Assembly (NCBI GenBank): GCA_038087875.1
Contig: CM075989.1
Location: 9,054,001-9,118,000 of the forward strand
DNA: 64,000 nucleotides
Source: Malacoraja senta
Lineage: Eukaryota
Direction of reading: 5' to 3'
The translations under genes were made by a program, and so were the position numbers. This document shows positions 39,794-52,240 of this stretch, piece after piece. Positions within the stretch are counted from its first letter, which is position 1; every line of letters begins with the position of its first letter. The notes below the pieces were generated by a model that was not told where the DNA came from, made no database searches, and worked only from the letters and a program-made list of their open reading frames with translations.

Positions 39794-40427
39794 TAACTCT
39801 CTCGATTGAAAACGATATAAGCAAAAGGAATTTCTCTGTGCAATTGCACGTGACAAGTGAAGCATCATGGAGTCACTGAAGGAAAGTGAACATTAATTCA
39901 TAGGAATTACTGATTCGAGGCGGCCTCTTAACTGGAGTGTTAATGTTTATATCAATCTTATTGTTATTCATTCACAGGCGAGGAATATTGAAACTGAGTG
40001 GTTTGCTGGACTACTGTATTTTCAAGTGCAGATCAGAGCTAATGACACTGCTGAATGTTTCAAGTTATGCACAGGCTAGACTCTAAATACACCAGACTTC
40101 CTCCCCTGAAGCTAATGGGGATTTTACTGTAATTCAATAGTTTCTTAGTCACTGTTACCAACATCAGTCTCTCAATCCCAGAATGTATTTATTTTAATTT
40201 AAATTCCAAGGCTGATGTACTGGGATTTAACTTCCACCATCGGATCATTGATCCAACTCTCTAGATTGCTAACTTCTTAACCAGGCTACTGTACCAGGAG
40301 GGACCTAGTGTAAATGGCAGGATATTAATACGTCTGAAAAAACCTCGATCCCCTTTTCTGTACTGTCCGTCTGGGCCACAGAGGAGCTAGAAGTCTGACC
40401 GCAACTTCTGTGCAGCTGCTATACCTG

Positions 40428-40651
40428 TATGAAGGAACTGGAGATGCTTTAAACTGAAGATAGACACAAAAATCTGGAGTAACTCAGCAGGCCAGACAGC
40501 ATCTCTGGAGAAAAGGAATAGATGGCATTTCGGGTCGAGACTTCTTCATGACCTGAAGGAGTGCGAAGAAGGGTTTCGGCCCGAAACGTCACCGATTCCT
40601 TCTCTCCACAGATGCAGTCTCTGAGTTACTGCAGCTTTTTGTGTCTATCTT
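40428..40651. mobile_element. Inverted (hairpin) Penelope-terminus element
   Basis: Inverted arms; degenerate 15-bp TSD (12/15) cagctgctatacctg / cagctgttaaacttg. Confidence 0.7.
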
Positions 40652-40909
40652 CAGCTGTTAAACTTGACTCAGTGCAGCCTTCCACCATTGAACAGCCTTC
40701 CTATAGTGCCGACCCAGCAATGAGCAAAGGTCACTTCATAGATGTGAACTTTGTAACGCAACCCATCACATTTGCCGCACTAATATTAAACTTCAGGAGG
40801 CCACTTCTCTTAGCTATCTACATTCTTTTGAAATATGATGAGGTTTTCCACCATTAGATACTTCAAGCACCGAGATCCAATTGTCATCTTTTCTCAACTC
40901 CGGTCTAAT

Positions 40910-41206
40910 CATAGAAACATAGAAACATAGAAAATAGGTGCAGGAGTAGGCCATTCGGCCCTTCGAGCCTGCACCGCCATTCAATATGATCATGGCTGAT
41001 CATCCAACTCAGTATCCCGTACCTGCCTTCTCTCCATACCCCCTGATCCCTTTAGCCACAAGGGCCACATCTAACTCCCTCTTAAATATAGCCAATGACT
41101 GGCCTTAACTACCTTCTGTGGCAGAGAATTCCACAGATTCACCACTCTCTGTGTGAAAAATGATTTTCTCATCTCGGTCCTAAAAGACTTCCCCCTTATC
41201 CTTAAA
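40910..41206 (-). mobile_element. CR1-clade LINE 3' end (young)
   Basis: Near-identical to 32190-32485. Confidence 0.9.
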
Positions 41207-41650
41207 TCCTTCTACCAATTAATTTAAATCTATGCCCCTAGTTAATGAACAGCCTGTGAGGTGCAGCAGTCTTTGTGTTCTTCCGGTCTAAGTCCATCAT
41301 AAGTTTATATACTTTAATTTAATCTCCCGCCGTCTCCTTTGCCTCATAGAAAACAACCCCAGTCGAGCCACAGGCCTCCCATATCTTACCCAAACCCGTG
41401 CTGTCACCACATTTCTGCAGTGTGTGCATTGCCCCACGTCTCTAAACCACTCTTGCAGAAGCTTGATAGACACAAAGAACTGGAGTAACTCAGCAGGTCA
41501 GGCAGCATCTCTGGAGAAAAAGGATGGGTGACATTTCGGGTCGGGACCTTTCTGAGACTGCCTGCTCTATTATTCTGCAGAACCTTCCTGCTCTGTTATT
41601 CTGTGCATGTTCATTGAAGACAAGCTATCTTAACCACCTTACCCACCAGT

Positions 41651-42237
41651 CAATAGACAATAGACAATAGGCACAGGAGTAGGCCATTCGGCCCTTCGAG
41701 CCAGCATCGCCATTCATTGTGATCATGGCTGATCATCCACAATCAGTACCCCGTTCCTGCCTTCTCTCCATATCCCCTGACTCCGCTATCTTTAAGAGCT
41801 CTATCTAACTCTCTTGAAAGCATCCAGAGAATTGGCCTCCACTGCCTTCTGAGGCAGAGAATTCCACAGATACACAACCCCAGATTTACAAAAGATTTTC
41901 CTCATCTCCGTTCTAAATGGCTTACCCCTTATTCTTAAACTGTGGCCCCTGGTTCTGGACTCCCCCAACATCGGGAACATGTTTCCTGCCTCTAGCCTGT
42001 CCAAACCCTTAATAATCTTATATGTTTCAATAAGATACCCGCTCATCCTTCTAAATTCCAGAGTATACAAGCCCAGCCGCTCCATTCTATCAACATACGA
42101 CAGTCCCGCCATCCCGGGAATTAACCTCGTGAACCTACGCTGCACTCCCTCAATAGCAAGTATATCCTTCCTCAAATTTGGAGACCGAAACTGCACACAA
42201 TACTCCAGGTGTGGTCTCACTAGGGCCCTGTACAACA
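41651..42237 (-). mobile_element. CR1-clade LINE 3' end
   Basis: ORF LYRALVRPHLEYCVQF..LAIEGVQRRFTRLIPGM; (tctattg)n tail. Confidence 0.9.
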
Positions 42238-43062
42238 GCCACCCAGTGGGATCTGTGGACATGCCCGCCCAGATCTCTCTATTTCTCTACACTTCTGGGT
42301 AAAGTACTAGTTGGTGTGTACACCCTCATCTACTTTCTTCTCCACACATGATTTACTGTACACTTTCTTTCACCAGTTTTGTGCTCGCCAATCCAATCCT
42401 CCTTTCTGGAGCTTGGAACGTTTTTTTCCTCCCGATCAATAACACTGCCGTTTTTAACAGACATTTCTTGTGATCCCTACACTATCTTTGACCGGACTTT
42501 ACTTGCTTTACCTTGCACTAAACGTTATTCCCTTATCATGTATCTGTGCACAGTAAATGGCTCGATTGTAATCATGTATTGTCTTTCTGCTGACTGGTTA
42601 GCACGTAACAAAAGCTTTTCACTGTACCTCGATACACGTGACAATAAACTGGACTACATTTAAGCCCACACTCCACACACAAACAGCAAGGGTGTTCATA
42701 CTGTGCATTGCACAGCCTGTTGTACAGAGCACACTGATCATCCAGATTCCTGTCAACCTTTCCACATTTAAGATCTTTTAGTACGATGCACATTGTTCTG
42801 AGAAAGTACATTGGAAAACACAATAAATCATGCTTCTGGCAGCATGTACATCTTTAGAATATTAAAATACATTTATTTCAACATTTTGTTTCAAAATCTA
42901 ATTAAGCGGGTGTGTTAAGCTAATGTCTGAGTCAGAAGCAATGACTCGCCACAACTCAGGATTGAAATGGTGCAAAGAAAGTTCAAATGAATAATCAACA
43001 AGAGAAGCTGGTTTAAAGTAATCCACTGCTTGTTTAATCTACTGGTGTTTTGTTCATCCAAG

Positions 43063-43154
43063 GAAGGGTATCCCTCCCCTACGTATCAGAGCACAAAGAC
43101 AACATGCGGCTTGGGATGACTTTAACCAGTAACCCCCACGATCACTCCTTTGTG
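43063..43154 (+). CDS. ITGA11: Integrin alpha-11-like, exon 4
   Basis: atccaag|GA...TGTG|gtaagg; 92 nt, phase 1 to 0; RVSLPYVSEHKDNMRLGMTLTSNPHDHSFV (KDNMRLG as in ITGA11). Confidence 0.94.
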
Positions 43155-43321
43155 GTAAGGCTGGTGTTTCTTTTTAGACTTTGTTATAAGTTTATATTTA
43201 TATTGATGCTTTAGGATTCGGGGGGGTTGTATTATGGGGGCAGTTTGAGCAGAATGGGTTTCTGCTCTCTGGAGTTTATGAGTTAACGTCTTTGAAACGT
43301 TACTAATGGGCCTAGTCAGAG

Positions 43322-43620
43322 AGGGCAGCAGGGTGGTACAGCGGTAGAGTTGCTGCCTTACAGCCCTAGGGACCCGGGTTAGATCCTGACCATGGGTGCT
43401 GCCTGTACGGAGTTTGTACCTTCTCACCGTGACCTGCGTGGGTTTTCTCCGGGAGCTCCGGTTTCCTCCCACACTCTAAAGACGTTCCAGTTTGTGGGTT
43501 AATTGGCTTTGGTAAAGATTGTAAATTGTCCCTTGAGTAATAATACTAGACTACGGGGATCGCTGGTCAGTGCTGACTCGGTGGGCCAAAGGGCCTGTTT
43601 CCACACTGTATCTCTAAACA
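43322..43620 (+). mobile_element. V-SINE (HE1-like)
   Basis: Consensus head, core and tail. Confidence 0.85.
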
Positions 43621-43649
43621 AGTGTGTTTTCCAGGCACCATTAAATCAG

Positions 43650-44150
43650 ATTATCTACCTCCCTCCTGCACTCGATTCACCATTACCTGTTATTTGTCCA
43701 GCAATGGTGGTATCATCAGTGAATTTAAAGATGGCATTGGAACTATGTCTATCTACACAGCCATGGGTATAGAGAGAGTAGAGCAGGGGGCTGAGCCCAC
43801 AGCCCTTGTGCTGCCCCAGTGCTAGTAGTCAGCGATGAGGAATTTGCCAATTTGTCATGACTGCCGATGAGGAAATCGAAGGTTGAGCAGAGATCCAGTT
43901 CCCTGAGTTTGACGATAAGTTTAGAGGAGATGATGAGATGAACGCCGGGCAGTAGCCGATGAACATAAGCCTGACGTTGGTGTTCCTGTTGCCCAAATGG
44001 ACCAGTGCAGAGTGGAGAGCCAGCAAGGTCACATCCCCTGTTGACCTGCTGTGGCGGTAGGTAAATTGCAGTGGGTGCAGGCTCTTGCTAAGGCCTGTGT
44101 TGATATGCATCGCAACCAACCTCCCAAAGCACTTAACTCCAATGGGCCAA
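43650..44150 (-). mobile_element. Rex1/Babar-like LINE RT fragment
   Basis: KCFGRLV..LHPLQFTYRHSRSTGD..LALHSALVHL..VRLMFIGY motifs. Confidence 0.8.
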
Positions 44151-44683
44151 TAGTTCATTAATCGACATGGTGATTCAGTCATTATCACATTGCACTCTGG
44201 GATCGTGCTGTGGACATATCTGTGTGGCATGTCCTTCATTTGATCCGTGAGTAGTCCTCAAGAAAGCTTCACTGTTTGTGAAGCTCCAAGGAGGGTGTGG
44301 GTCTCCATAACATTTATGCCTGTTTAGGGCTGCTAGGTAAACAAATGTGATCATAGCCCCCAGTGAAGTGAAGCTAAATATAATGGCTGAAGCTGCTGCC
44401 TGGCACTGTGCCCTGGCCCTGCAGATACTGCAGCTTCCCCAAGCAACAATGTAAAGACTGTGCCTCTCACCACCCCCAGAGCTGCCTTCACCAATGGACC
44501 CACTCGGATGTGGTTACGAAGTAGTCCCAAAATACGACTGGCTTCAATGCAGAGCATTTCTTCCAACCCTTTCTGCTGTTTCTTTTTGTTCAATATTTAT
44601 TATTTGATCGCCCAGGGTTCCTGAATCCGACAGAACACACCAGCTGTACTAACATCAGCTAAAACTGGTGTTAACCCTCAGTG

Positions 44684-45600
44684 ACGTGTGTGTGTGTGTG
44701 TGTCTCTGAGTTTCTTTGTGTGTGTGTTGGGAATTGGTGCTGGGGTTTTTGTGCGTGGGAGCACCAGGGATTGGATGTGTGTGTACATGTGCATGTGTGT
44801 GTACATGTGCATGTGTGTGTGTGTGTACATGTGCATGTGTGTGTGTGTGAACATGTGCATGTGTGTGTGTGTGTGTGTGTACATGTGCATGTGTGTGTGT
44901 GTGAACATGTGCATGTGTGTGTGTGTGTGTGTACATGTGCATGTGTGTGTTGGATGCTTGTTTGTGGCTCTGTAAGCATATAGGCGTGCAAGCAACTGTG
45001 TGTGTGAGCATGGATGGCTGATCAGTCGGCTGGGGTGTGTGTGTGTAGATGGGAGCAGTTTTGTGTGTGTGTGTGTGTGTGTGTAAGAGACTGTGTTCTG
45101 TATGTGTGAGAGAGATGCTTTGTTGTGTGACGGTAAGTACATGTGTGAGATTTGCTTGTGTGTGTTTTCGAGAGTCGTGGTGACAGTGCGGTGTGTGAGA
45201 GCAGTTGTCTTTGTCTCTGTGTGTGTGTGTGTGTGTGTGTGTATGAGAGAGCAGTTGGATATATCGATGAGGGGACAGATGCATGTTTAACAGAGCAGTT
45301 TTTCTGTGTATGCGTGTGATGGAGTGTGTCTGTAAGTTTGTGAGGAAACAAACTTTTGTATAAGAGCTATTGTCTGTGCATAAATGTGAGAAGGGCTGTG
45401 TGTGAGTGAGAGAGAGGGAGTGGTCGTGAGTGTGTGAGTGTGTGAGGGCGAATGATTGTGTGAGAGAGAGAGAGAGAGAGAGGGAGTGCGTGTAAGTGTG
45501 AGTCCGTGTGTGTGTGTGAGAGAGAGAGAGGGAGTGGGTGTGTGAGTGAGGGGGAATGGGTGTGTGTGAGATAAATAATGGTTGTGTGGCTATGCACACG
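44684..45600. repeat. Compound TG/AG microsatellite and minisatellite tract
   Basis: Repeated (acatgtgcat)(gt)n units, then (TG)n/(AG)n; source of the 330-aa H/T-rich ORF. Confidence 0.95.
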
Positions 45601-46315
45601 ATGTTTGAAACTTTATTTTCCAGAGAGATGGTCGAAGTTGTTTCCACTGGCAGTGGAACCGTTAAACAGAAGGTTCAGGATCAGGTTAAAAAATCCAGGC
45701 GTCTGGTCCATTTGGCAAAAGAGGAGAAATATTTTACCCAGTGCTTCCTTGTGACCTGGAATGTGCTTTCTGAAAGGATCGGGAAGCAGATTCAACAGAA
45801 ATAATCTAGAAGCTAATCTTCTCTCTCGTTCCCCATTCCCAGAGATGCTGCCACATACAAGAGGTACAGAAGTGTGAAAACACACAGTTCCACATTCAGG
45901 GGACAGTTCTCAGCTGTTTTCAGGCAACTGAACCACCCTAATAACCAACTATAGACCAGTCCTGCCCTACCACCTGCCTCATTTAAGATACTCAGTCTAT
46001 CTTTAATTACTTTATTGGTCTCTATCTTGCACTAAACAATATTCCTTTTATCCTGCATTTGTACACTGTGGATGGCTTGTACAGTCTTTCTGCTGACTGG
46101 ATGGCACACCACAAAAAAACGTTTTGACTGCACCTCTGTACACATGGCAATTAACTAAACCCTTACTCTTAGCTCTCTCATCTAGTTATTCCGTTATTGT
46201 GTTTTATTTATTTCCCCCCTTACTACAGATAGTGCTACACCAATCTGCTGCTGTACGCTCGCATTATTTACTGTTATACAATCATTACTGTGCGTATACT
46301 GTTAACTCTGTGTTT

Positions 46316-46615
46316 TCGTTTTAGTTTTCGAGATACAGCGCAGAGACAGGCCATTCGGCCCACTGAGTCCACACCTATCCCCGCACCGTAACACTACCCA
46401 TCACACACTAGGGACAATTTTTACATTTATACCCAGCCAATTAACCTACAAACCTCTGCCTCTTTGGAGTGTGGGAGGAAACCGAAGATCTCAGAGAAAA
46501 CACACGCAGGTCAAGGGGAGAACGTGCAAACTCCGTACAGACAGGACCCGTAGTCAGGTTCGAACCCGGGTCTCTGGCGCTGTGAGGCAGCAGCCCTACT
46601 TCTGCGCCACCGTGA
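46316..46615 (-). mobile_element. V-SINE (HE1-like)
   Basis: Reverse-complement consensus. Confidence 0.85.
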
Positions 46616-47362
46616 GTTTCGGGTGAAGCGGGAATTTCGAAGCATCCTGGTGTATAGGACAATAAACTAATCTGAATGCGGATAGGACACCGGGGATAAA
46701 TTCACTGCTCATCTTTGAAATAGTGACATGGCATCTTTAAACATCTACCTGAGAGAGCTTACCAGTCCTCGGTTTAACAATCACCCAAAGAAGGGCACCT
46801 CAACAGTCCTGCCCTCACTTTCCACAGATGCTCTCCGACCTGGTGAATGTTTCCAGCATTGTCCGTTTTTTTTTAAAGGTTTCCAGCATTAGCAGTTTTT
46901 TTTTTCTTGAGGCCGAATGGGAGAGGTTGCAATGACTTTCTCACAAGACCATAAGTGACCATACAATGAGAAGCTAACGGAGGTGGGTACGCCAGTACTG
47001 CACAGCGTCCTTATCGCTTGTCCATTCACGGGACCCCAGTGGAGCTCTGTCCCTGTGGGGTTTTCCAGATATCTGGGCAGAAGCCAAAGGGAGGTCCACG
47101 GCCTGGTGTAATCCCGCTGATTATATGGGAAACGTGTCACACTTGCAGCCAGCAGCAGTCTCATGAAGGGGGCTGCAATTGCCTGTCTTTCCCATGGGGC
47201 TGACAAATCTCTGGCACATGTTAGCGCTGAGTTCTGGAGAAAATGATGAAATGTCTTGGAGTTGGGTCCAACCCAACATTCACAGCTGTTGTGAAAGCTC
47301 CCACCATCAAAACTATCCAGCTTACACCCAACGTCTCGTAAAGATATCATAACATATTTGTT

Positions 47363-48546
47363 CAAGAAAGAACTGCAGATGCTGGAAAAATCAAAAGTTG
47401 GAGAAACTCAGCGGGTGAGGCAGCATCTATGGAGCGAAGGAATAGGTGATGTTTCGGGTTGAGACCCTTCTTCAGACTGGGGTGGTGGGGAGGTGGGAAG
47501 AAATAAGTAAGTAAGAGGCGGAGACAGTAGGCTGTGGGAGAGCTGGGAAGGGGAGGGGTAGGAGGGAGAAGGGGAGGAGACAGTGAGGACTATCTGAAAT
47601 TGGAGAAGTCAATGTTCATACCGCTGGGGTGTAAACTACCCAAGCGAAATATGAGGTGCTGCTCCTCCAATTTGCGGTGGGCCTCACTCTGGACATGGAG
47701 GAGGCCCAGGACAGAAAGGTCGGATTTGGAATGGGAGGGGGTGTTGAAGTGCTGAGCCATCGGGAGATCAGGTTGGTTAATGCGAACTGAGCGGAGGTGT
47801 TGGGCGAAGCGATCGCCAAGCCTACGCTTGGTCTCACCGATGTAGAGCAGCTGACACCTAGAGCAGCGGATGCGATAGGTGAGGTTGGAGGAGTTGCAGG
47901 TGAACCTGGAAAGACTGCTTAGGTCCTTGAATGGAGTTGAGGGGGGAGGTAAAGCAACAAGTGTAGCATTTCCTCCGGTTGCAAAGGAAAGTACCAGGGG
48001 AGGGGGTGGTTTGGGTGGGAAGGGACGAATGGACCAAGGAATTACGGAGGGAGGGTTCTTTGCGCAAAGCAGAAAGGGGAGGAGATGGGAAGATGTGGCC
48101 AGTCGTGGGATCCCGTTGGAGGTGGCGAAAATGTTGGAGGATTTTTGGTTGTATGTGAAGGCTGGTAGGGTGGAAGGTGAGGACAAGGGGGACTCTGTCC
48201 TTGTTATGAGTGGGGGGATGGGGAGTGAGAGCGGAGCTATGTGGTATAGAAGAGACCCTGGTGGGAGCCTCATCTATAGTCAAAGAGGGAAACCCTCGTT
48301 CCCTAAAGAATGAGGACATCTCCGATGCCCTGGTGTGGAACACCTCATCCTGGGTGCAGATGCGGTGGAGACAGAGGAATTGGGAGTAGGGTATGGGAGT
48401 CCTTACAGGAAGCAGGGTGGGCAGAAGTGTAGTCTAGATAGCCATGGGAGTCAGTGGGTCTGTAGTAGATGTCGGTCAGTAGTCTGTTACCCGCGATGGA
48501 GATAGTGAGATCTAGAAACGGTAGGGAGATGTCGGAAATGGTCCAG
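47363..48546 (-). mobile_element. Penelope-like retroelement, Neptune type, 5'-truncated and frameshifted (RT end/thumb, Cys linker, GIY-YIG endonuclease, terminal module)
   Basis: LPFLDLTI..IYYRPTDSHGYLDYTSAHP; linker CNRRKCYTC; NLTYRIRCSRCQLLYIGETKRRLGDRFAQH..KLEEQHLIFRLGSLHPSGMN. Confidence 0.9.
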
Positions 48547-48696
48547 GTAAGGCAGCAACCCTACCTCTGCGCCACTGTGCCACTTTCAAGTTCAGTGCTA
48601 AAGTGAGCAGAGATGACAGGAAATGTGAGGTCTTGTATGTAGTGTGAGAATCATGGGCCAGGTGCTCATTTTGTGTTGCTCTCCTGCTCTCCACAG

Positions 48697-48811
48697 ACCT
48701 GCGGGCCGCTCTGGTCCCACGAGTGCGGAAGTTCCTACTACAGCACCGGCATCTGCTGCAAGATCAGCTCCAACTTCAAAACTGCCCGAGCCTTCGCACC
48801 CGCCATCCAGC
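48697..48811 (+). CDS. ITGA11: Integrin alpha-11-like, exon 5
   Basis: ccacag|ACC...CAGC|gtacga; 115 nt, phase 0 to 1; TCGPLWSHECGSSYYSTGICCKISSNFKTARAFAPAIQR. Confidence 0.95.
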
Positions 48812-48994
48812 GTACGACCACCGTCTCTGTTGCATTCCACCCGTGCGTCTTCCTGGTTACAGGGGCACAGTGTCTGGCCTAACGTCCCCACAGACGGATG
48901 GGATAATACACATACACATAGAATCTTAGAAAGCCGGTGCATCGAAGGATTGGTGCCTTTATTTTAAACCATTGGTTCCTTTATTTTACATTAC

Positions 48995-49275
48995 TTTAGA
49001 GGTACAGCGGGCAAACAGGCCCTTCGGCCCACCGAGTCCGTGCCGACCTGCGATCACCCGTACACTAGTTCTATCCAACACACTAAAGACAATTTACAGA
49101 ATTGACCTACAAACCCGCACGTCTTTGGGATGTGGGAGGAAACCTGAGCACCCGGAGAAAACCCACGTGGTCACAGGGGGAGCATACAAACTCAGTATAG
49201 ATAGCACCAGTAGTCGGGAGCGAAGCCGGGTCTCAGGCGCTGTAAGGCAACAACTCTACCGCTCTGCCACCCAGG
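48995..49275 (-). mobile_element. V-SINE (HE1-like)
   Basis: Reverse-complement consensus. Confidence 0.85.
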
Positions 49276-49919
49276 CTCATTAAACCTGTGCGAGCAATCT
49301 GTCAAATTACCCTCCTCCACGTTTCCCAATCGCCCTGTAGACCGTTCCCCCTCAAGTATGTGTACAAGACCCACCTGTAGGCACTGGTTGATTGTGTGTC
49401 CACAGCTTTACAGGGGACAAGCTCTAGTACCGAATTATATTCTCAGTAAAAAAGTTGCTTTCCTCCTTTCATCACCCTCCTTCTTCCCGGAATTTTAAGT
49501 CTATAATCTGCTGATCCTTGAACCCTCTACTGATGGGAACGACTTCCAACAGTGGAACCAGTCTTGACGTCCTCCCGACTTGCTTTGCTGCAAGGACAAC
49601 AAGTACAGGTTTGCCGGTCTAATGCTCGGATGCAATCCCTCATCCCTGAAACCATTCCGCTTAATCTTTTCCAGACCCTCTGTGAGATTTTTGCTTCCTT
49701 CCTACAGCGTGAGTCCAGAATTGGCACAGTGCTCAAAGTCACAGTTTGGTTACAGCATAGAGTGAGGCCCCTCTGCCCATCCAGCCCATTATAGCTCCAT
49801 GTAAGAGAAAGTGCCAAGAGTTGGGAGTAACCAGTTGGCAGTTTAGCAAGAGCGCAACTGGATGTCAGGCACATTATTAACCGACAGACAAGGCGTGACA
49901 CTGAACCTTCTTTTCGCAG

Positions 49920-50047
49920 GTTGTGAGACGTACATGGACATTGTGATAGTTCTGGATGGTTCCAACAGCATCTACCCTTGGTATGAGGTCCAGAACTTCC
50001 TAATAAACATACTGAAGAAATTTTACATCGGACCGGGCCAGATTCGG
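49920..50047 (+). CDS. ITGA11: Integrin alpha-11-like, exon 6 (start of alphaI/vWA domain, MIDAS DxSxS)
   Basis: tcgcag|GT...TCGG|gtgagt; 128 nt; CETYMDIVIVLDGSNSIYPWYEVQNFLINILKKFYIGPGQIR. Confidence 0.97.
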
Positions 50048-50969
50048 GTGAGTAGCACTGAGTGATGGTCCTTCTACTCATCATAAATCTATTCTATGCA
50101 ATGGGGCCTGTAACTTGTTTCAATGCCCAACTCCCACACGTCTAAAGTTTTAGTCTATGAACAAAGAGCAAAGATGGTTCTGGGGAATTTGATGGAAGGG
50201 GTTAAAATGTAAGGAGCAAATAAACCATGGACAGAGAGAATGGCGGGAGGGCATTAACCAGAGGGGACAGAGCATGGGCGGAAATCCCGGGGGGGGGAGA
50301 CAGGGGGACACATCCCCCCATGTTTTGAGAGGTAGGGGACAATCCCCCCCATGTTTTGTAATCCGAATTTTGAAACTCAGTGAAAAAAATCGATTAAAAA
50401 TCTCAGAGACAGTGGGGTTGGGACTGATGTTCGAGTGCGACGAGAGAGAAATCGGTCAGCAGGCAGTGGGGGGGGGGGGGACGGGGGGAGGGACATGATG
50501 ATTCAGAGCGATGATTGGATGAGGGAGGTGTCGGTCAGAGGCGGAAGTAGGGGGGTGGGACTGAGGATAGGACGTGGTGATTGGAGGAGGGAGACGTCCT
50601 GGTGAATCAGCACGTTCTCGGGGCCTTCCATCGCCCGGCGCGGCTTAAAATCGGCCGCGGAATTTTTTTATTGCCCCACGGTCAAATTACTGCGTCGAGG
50701 CGATCGAGGCTCCCAATGTTGAAGTCCCCGCCAGGCAATGGAAGATCCCACGGCTGGTTTTAAGCTGCGCCGGTCGATGAAAGATCCCGCGAACGGGCCG
50801 ATTGAAGCCCCACGATTCGGGGCAGACGAAGCTGCTGTTGCTGGAGTTCGGAGTCGGTCACCAACCAGGTCAACTCCGGATGTTATCATCCACAGGTCCC
50901 ACAGCCAAAGCCTCGCGCGTGTGCGTATGTGCGCGCGCGCGAGGCGCAAGAAATTGTTTCCCCCCCAGT

Positions 50970-51147
50970 TGACCTAAAAACCTGTACTTATTTGGAGTGC
51001 GCGAAGAAACCAGAGCACCCAGAGAAAACCCACACGGTCATTGGGAGAACATACAAACTCCATACAGACAGCACCCGCAGTCAGGATTGGACCCGGGTCC
51101 CTGGCGCTGTACGGCAGGAACTCTACCGCTGCACCAATGTGCCGCCT
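50970..51147 (-). mobile_element. V-SINE 5' half
   Basis: Head and V core only. Confidence 0.8.
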
Positions 51148-52075
51148 TAATGTGGTCATTGGCAATAGATGTAGCCAGGTTCATGAGGAAACAGTTTTTA
51201 CAGTGAGTTGAAACATTGGTCAACTGATTCATTCCCTTCCTGAAACCTGAAAACATTGCCCGATCCTTCAACGAGGGACAAAAACAGCAAATGCTGGAAA
51301 TCAGAAACCACTGGAAACAGTCAGCAGGTTAGGTAGGCAGCACGAGAAAAGCAAGGAGAAACAGGAAAAGTTTTGGGATTTTGTTTCTGAGACTGGTAAA
51401 CCTATGTGGCGTGGACCAATCTATGAGTCATGTCAAGATTGTGGATGCCGGCCAGCTTGGCATTTGGGGAATGGTTTACTCCTATTCCTTCTGTAAACGT
51501 GGCCATTATTGGTAAGGCTGAAGATGATTGTCCATGCCCTGGAGAAGGTGGTGATGGGAAGGTTTCTTCTTGCACTGTGTCAGTTAGTGAATTGAAGTTA
51601 CCCCACTGGTGCTGTTCAATACTGACCTCAGGCAAAGATTTCATGGACCAGAAAGCCCTTTCTTTAGTCAGAGGCTGGTGAATCTGTGGGAATTCATTGC
51701 CACAGAAGGCCTTATTTTTAAGGTGGATATTGACAGATTATTGATTAGTACAGGTGTCTGAGGCTATGGGAGAAGGCAGGAGAATGGGGTTGCGAGGGGA
51801 AGATAGATCAGCCATGATTGAATGGCGGAGCAGACGATGGGCCAAATGGCCTAATTCTGCTCCTATAACTTATGAACACACTGATTTAGGTTCCAGCCCT
51901 GAAGATCTAGCCTCTGGACTCCAGTTATAAACTGCTGGCCAAGTGTACAGTCATTGCAGGGGGGAAAGCCACGTTGGTGAGACCTAGGAAAGGAAACTTC
52001 GGGTGATCGGCGTGGTGGGATGGGTTGTCAAGGAGAGGACACTGTGTTCTTATGCTTGATGTTCTTGCTCTGCAG

Positions 52076-52224
52076 CTGGGAATTGTACAATATGGAGAGA
52101 CTGCTGTTCATGAGTTTGAGTTGAGGGACTACAAGTCTGTTGCCGATGTCGTCAAAGCAGCCAGGGGCATCGAGCAACGCGGAGGCACCGAGACCAACAC
52201 AGCGCACGGCATCGAGATTGCACG
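52076..52224 (+). CDS. ITGA11: Integrin alpha-11-like, exon 7 (I domain, MIDAS Thr)
   Basis: ctgcag|CTG...CACG|gtaatg; 149 nt; LGIVQYGETAVHEFELRDYKSVADVVKAARGIEQRGGTETNTAHGIEIAR. Confidence 0.96.
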
Positions 52225-52240
52225 GTAATGGTGAACTGAT

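Noticed and set aside
44655..45647. 330-aa His/Thr-rich ORF, the longest in the window, plus overlapping Cys/Val ORFs
   Set aside because: Translation of (CA)n/(TG)n microsatellite; open in several frames on both strands with no domain signal.
50273..50360. Possible hAT-like terminus catgggcggaaatcccggg with internal repeats
   Set aside because: No matching opposite terminus or TSD found, so not called.
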